From Chrysomallon squamiferum (Eukaryota > Animalia > Mollusca): 64,000 nucleotides of DNA. The stretch is taken from positions 25,234,001 through 25,298,000 of the forward strand of contig CM022677.1 in NCBI GenBank assembly GCA_012295275.1, given 5' to 3'. Below are positions 61,032-64,000 of this stretch, one piece after another (positions within the stretch are counted from its first letter, which is position 1; each line of letters begins with the position of its first letter). Both the position numbers and the translations under genes were made by a program. The notes beneath the pieces were generated by a model. It was given only the letters and a program-made list of their open reading frames with translations, was not told where the DNA came from and searched no databases.

Positions 61032-61570
61032 GTTTGTGTCTGCATCAGTTCGGTGACTATCTCTTTGAAATTATGAAACACGATTTTCTCTCACAGATTT
61101 CTAAAACAGTAGAAATAACAGTAATAACAACAAGAGTATAGCAGTAGTACTAGTACTAAATTAAGACTAACATTTGTTTAAGAATATAATATTTATTTTT
61201 TAACACTAACATGTTACAATACGGACAAAAAGAGTTCACAATGACTGAATATAAACAAAGTTAAAAAAACACATTTAATATATATCTATCTATATCCATC
61301 TATGTATATATGTGTGTATGTATGTGAGGGCAGATGATAGCAAAACCATTATATCTTTAATTAAATTTCTTAATTAATTTGATAATTTGCTTATTTATGT
61401 ATGGAATATAAATATAAATATGATCAGCAAAGTTACATTTAAAAGCTTTTTCGCATGATGAAACTTTGCTGCATACGATTTGATCACGTGACTCGCAGCA
61501 TATTCATACAGACATGAACTTTATAAATTACCTTATGTCTAATTATTACATACGTGATTTGATGGAAAGC

Positions 61571-61708
<138 letters not shown>

Positions 61709-62238
61709 TATATATACACATCTTGCATGATCGTGATAAGAATAATTGAAAAAAAGTAAGACATTAGGAAATTACAACTAGAAAACATACAGAAATAGAA
61801 AGTTGAAACACATAAAAGCTGGCGATAAAACAAACGGTGAACATAAATCAGAAGAAATATTTCATAGCTGACAAATAGTTATTTCTATTAACATTTGCAC
61901 TTTCTCAGCTGTAAAACACTACAGATGTAAATAAATATTTTGTATGAAATATCTAAGACGATGTTAGAAAATGCCGAGTTTCTTCGTTCAAAATATCTGT
62001 ACTTTCCTGAAAGAAAAAAAAAAGTAAAAAATAAAAAATATAATAAAATCAAATCAAATCATTTTCTAAACAATTTCAGAAGCAGACAGAAGAGAAGAGA
62101 CTTGAAACAAAAAGGAAAAGAGAAATAGCGATAAAACGAAAGAAGTAAATATGTACGACTTCAAAAATTAAACAACAAAAACACACAAAATGAATAATAA
62201 AAAACAAAAAACAAAACAAACAAATATGTGTGTTTTTA

Positions 62239-62328
<90 letters not shown>

Positions 62329-62379
62329 ATCTGTCTGTCTCTTTGTTTCTCTCTCTCGCTATCTGTCTGTCTCTTTGTT

Positions 62380-62459
<80 letters not shown>

Positions 62460-62478
62460 ATGCTATGTAGTTTGATAC

Positions 62479-63266
62479 TTACTTTATTTGAAACACAAAA
62501 AACGACAGACCACCCCCTAAAGCAGCACCTACACAGATCATCCCAAACGCTAGACCACCTAGAGCACCTGAAATAACAACAACATCGTCATCATCATCAT
62601 CATCATCTTCAGTTCTTTGTTAACATTATGAATAGCTTCATCATCACAACTGTCATCGTTAACATTACCAATATTGCCACCTTCGGTTTTGTTATTATTA
62701 TTATTCTTGTTGTAGTTGATGTTGCTGCTGCTGCTGTTGTTTTTTGATCTTCTTCTTCTTCTTCTTATTATTATTATCGTTATTATTATTATTGTTATTA
62801 TTATTAATAATATTATTATTTATTTTTGTTGTTGCTACTATCATTTGCGTCATCATCATCATCAGCCTTGTTGTTGTCATGTTTCGACAACGAGAATTAT
62901 TATCATATTCAAATAATTTAATACGGTACCGGACGAATAGCCTTTGAATCCAGTCCTTAGTTCATCTTCGTATGTATATTCCCTTACAGAGTTTGCTATA
63001 GCAGTTACAGGCAACGGCTAAACAAATAACAAGAAGGAAAAATATCAATAATAACATTATTATTATTACTATTATTATTATTATTCTTCTTCTTCTTCTT
63101 CTTCTTCTTCTTATTATTATTATTATTATTATTGTGGTTGTTGTTATTGTTGTTGTTATTATTTTTATTATTATTTTTATTATTACTAGTACTACTACTA
63201 GTACTATTATTACTGCTATTATTATTATTATTATTGTTATTATTATTATTATTATTGTTGCTGTTG

Positions 63267-63313
<47 letters not shown>

Positions 63314-63963
63314 TTTTTATTATTATTACAACCACAACTAGTGGAAGTGGCAATAGTAGAAGAAGGAGAACAAGTAGTAACAGAACTAATATTAGTAGTA
63401 GTGCTAGTAATACTAACAGAAATAGTAGTAATAATGGTGGTGGTAGTGGTTGGCGTAGTTATAGTAGTAGTTGTTTATGTAGTAGTGGTAACAGTAGTAG
63501 TGGTAGTAGAAGTAGTAGTAGTAGTAGTAATATAGTTATGTAGTAAATGTCGTACTCGTAATGGTGGTGTTGATAGTAGTAAAAGCCGTCCTACTAGTGG
63601 TATTAGTAGTAGCTACAGTTGCATTAATGTTAGTATAAGTAGTAGTAATAGTAGTGTAGTAGTAGCAGTAGTAGTAGTAGTCATAGTAGTAGTACTGCCA
63701 TGTTCATAATAATATTAGATGTAGAACTATTAATAGGAACATAGAGGCAGAGGCAGCTGTGATAGTAGCCGTAGTAGTACACGTACGTCTTTCAACGAAT
63801 CCCAGTACACGAGGATGACGAATTTGTTGCTGTTGATGAGGTCCACGAGGAGGTCTCCGGCCAGCGCCAGCGACGTCTCCTTCGTCGTCTGTTTCACGTC
63901 TCCAACCATGGGGGCAACATCGAGAAGCTCAAAGCGAATGTGAATATCTTTCTCAAAGACAAG
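62479..63963 (-). CDS. 3' end (last three exons) of paralog C of the same family; gene continues beyond the window
   Basis: Exons 63963-63787 (LVFEKDIHIRFELLDVAPMVGDV..., 177 nt, same length as paralog B exon 12), 63017-62930 (..NSVREYTYEDEL..GYSS), 62567-62479 (GALGGLAFGMICVGAALGGGLSFFVFQIK*). Confidence 0.87.
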
Positions 63964-64000
63964 CTGAAAGAAATAAACAAACAAACAAATAAATAAATAA

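Overview
AT-rich, very microsatellite-dense eukaryotic (invertebrate metazoan, plausibly molluscan; inference) genomic DNA with spliced genes. Nearly all ORF-track entries are simple-repeat artefacts. Manual exon assembly with consistent splice phases gives five genes. (1) A 16-exon minus-strand gene (21471->5985, ~825 aa) encoding a type II membrane protein: signal anchor, furin site, collagen, 4 Ig domains, C-terminal LCCL domain. (2) A divergent Rab GTPase with 7 coding exons on the plus strand (27123-37038, ~249 aa). (3-5) A cluster of three paralogous surface proteins with signal peptide, two internal LolA/ependymin-like repeats, a juxtamembrane domain and a terminal Gly-rich hydrophobic helix (48339->38194 minus; 50571-60731 plus; 3' end of a third at 63963->62479 minus). 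Other observations: a GC-AG intron, degenerate intronic copies of splice junctions, and a ~0.9 kb exon duplication with a chimeric junction that looks like an assembly artefact. No RNA genes, CRISPR arrays or recognisable transposon ORFs. Family assignments come from motif recognition only; no database searches were run.
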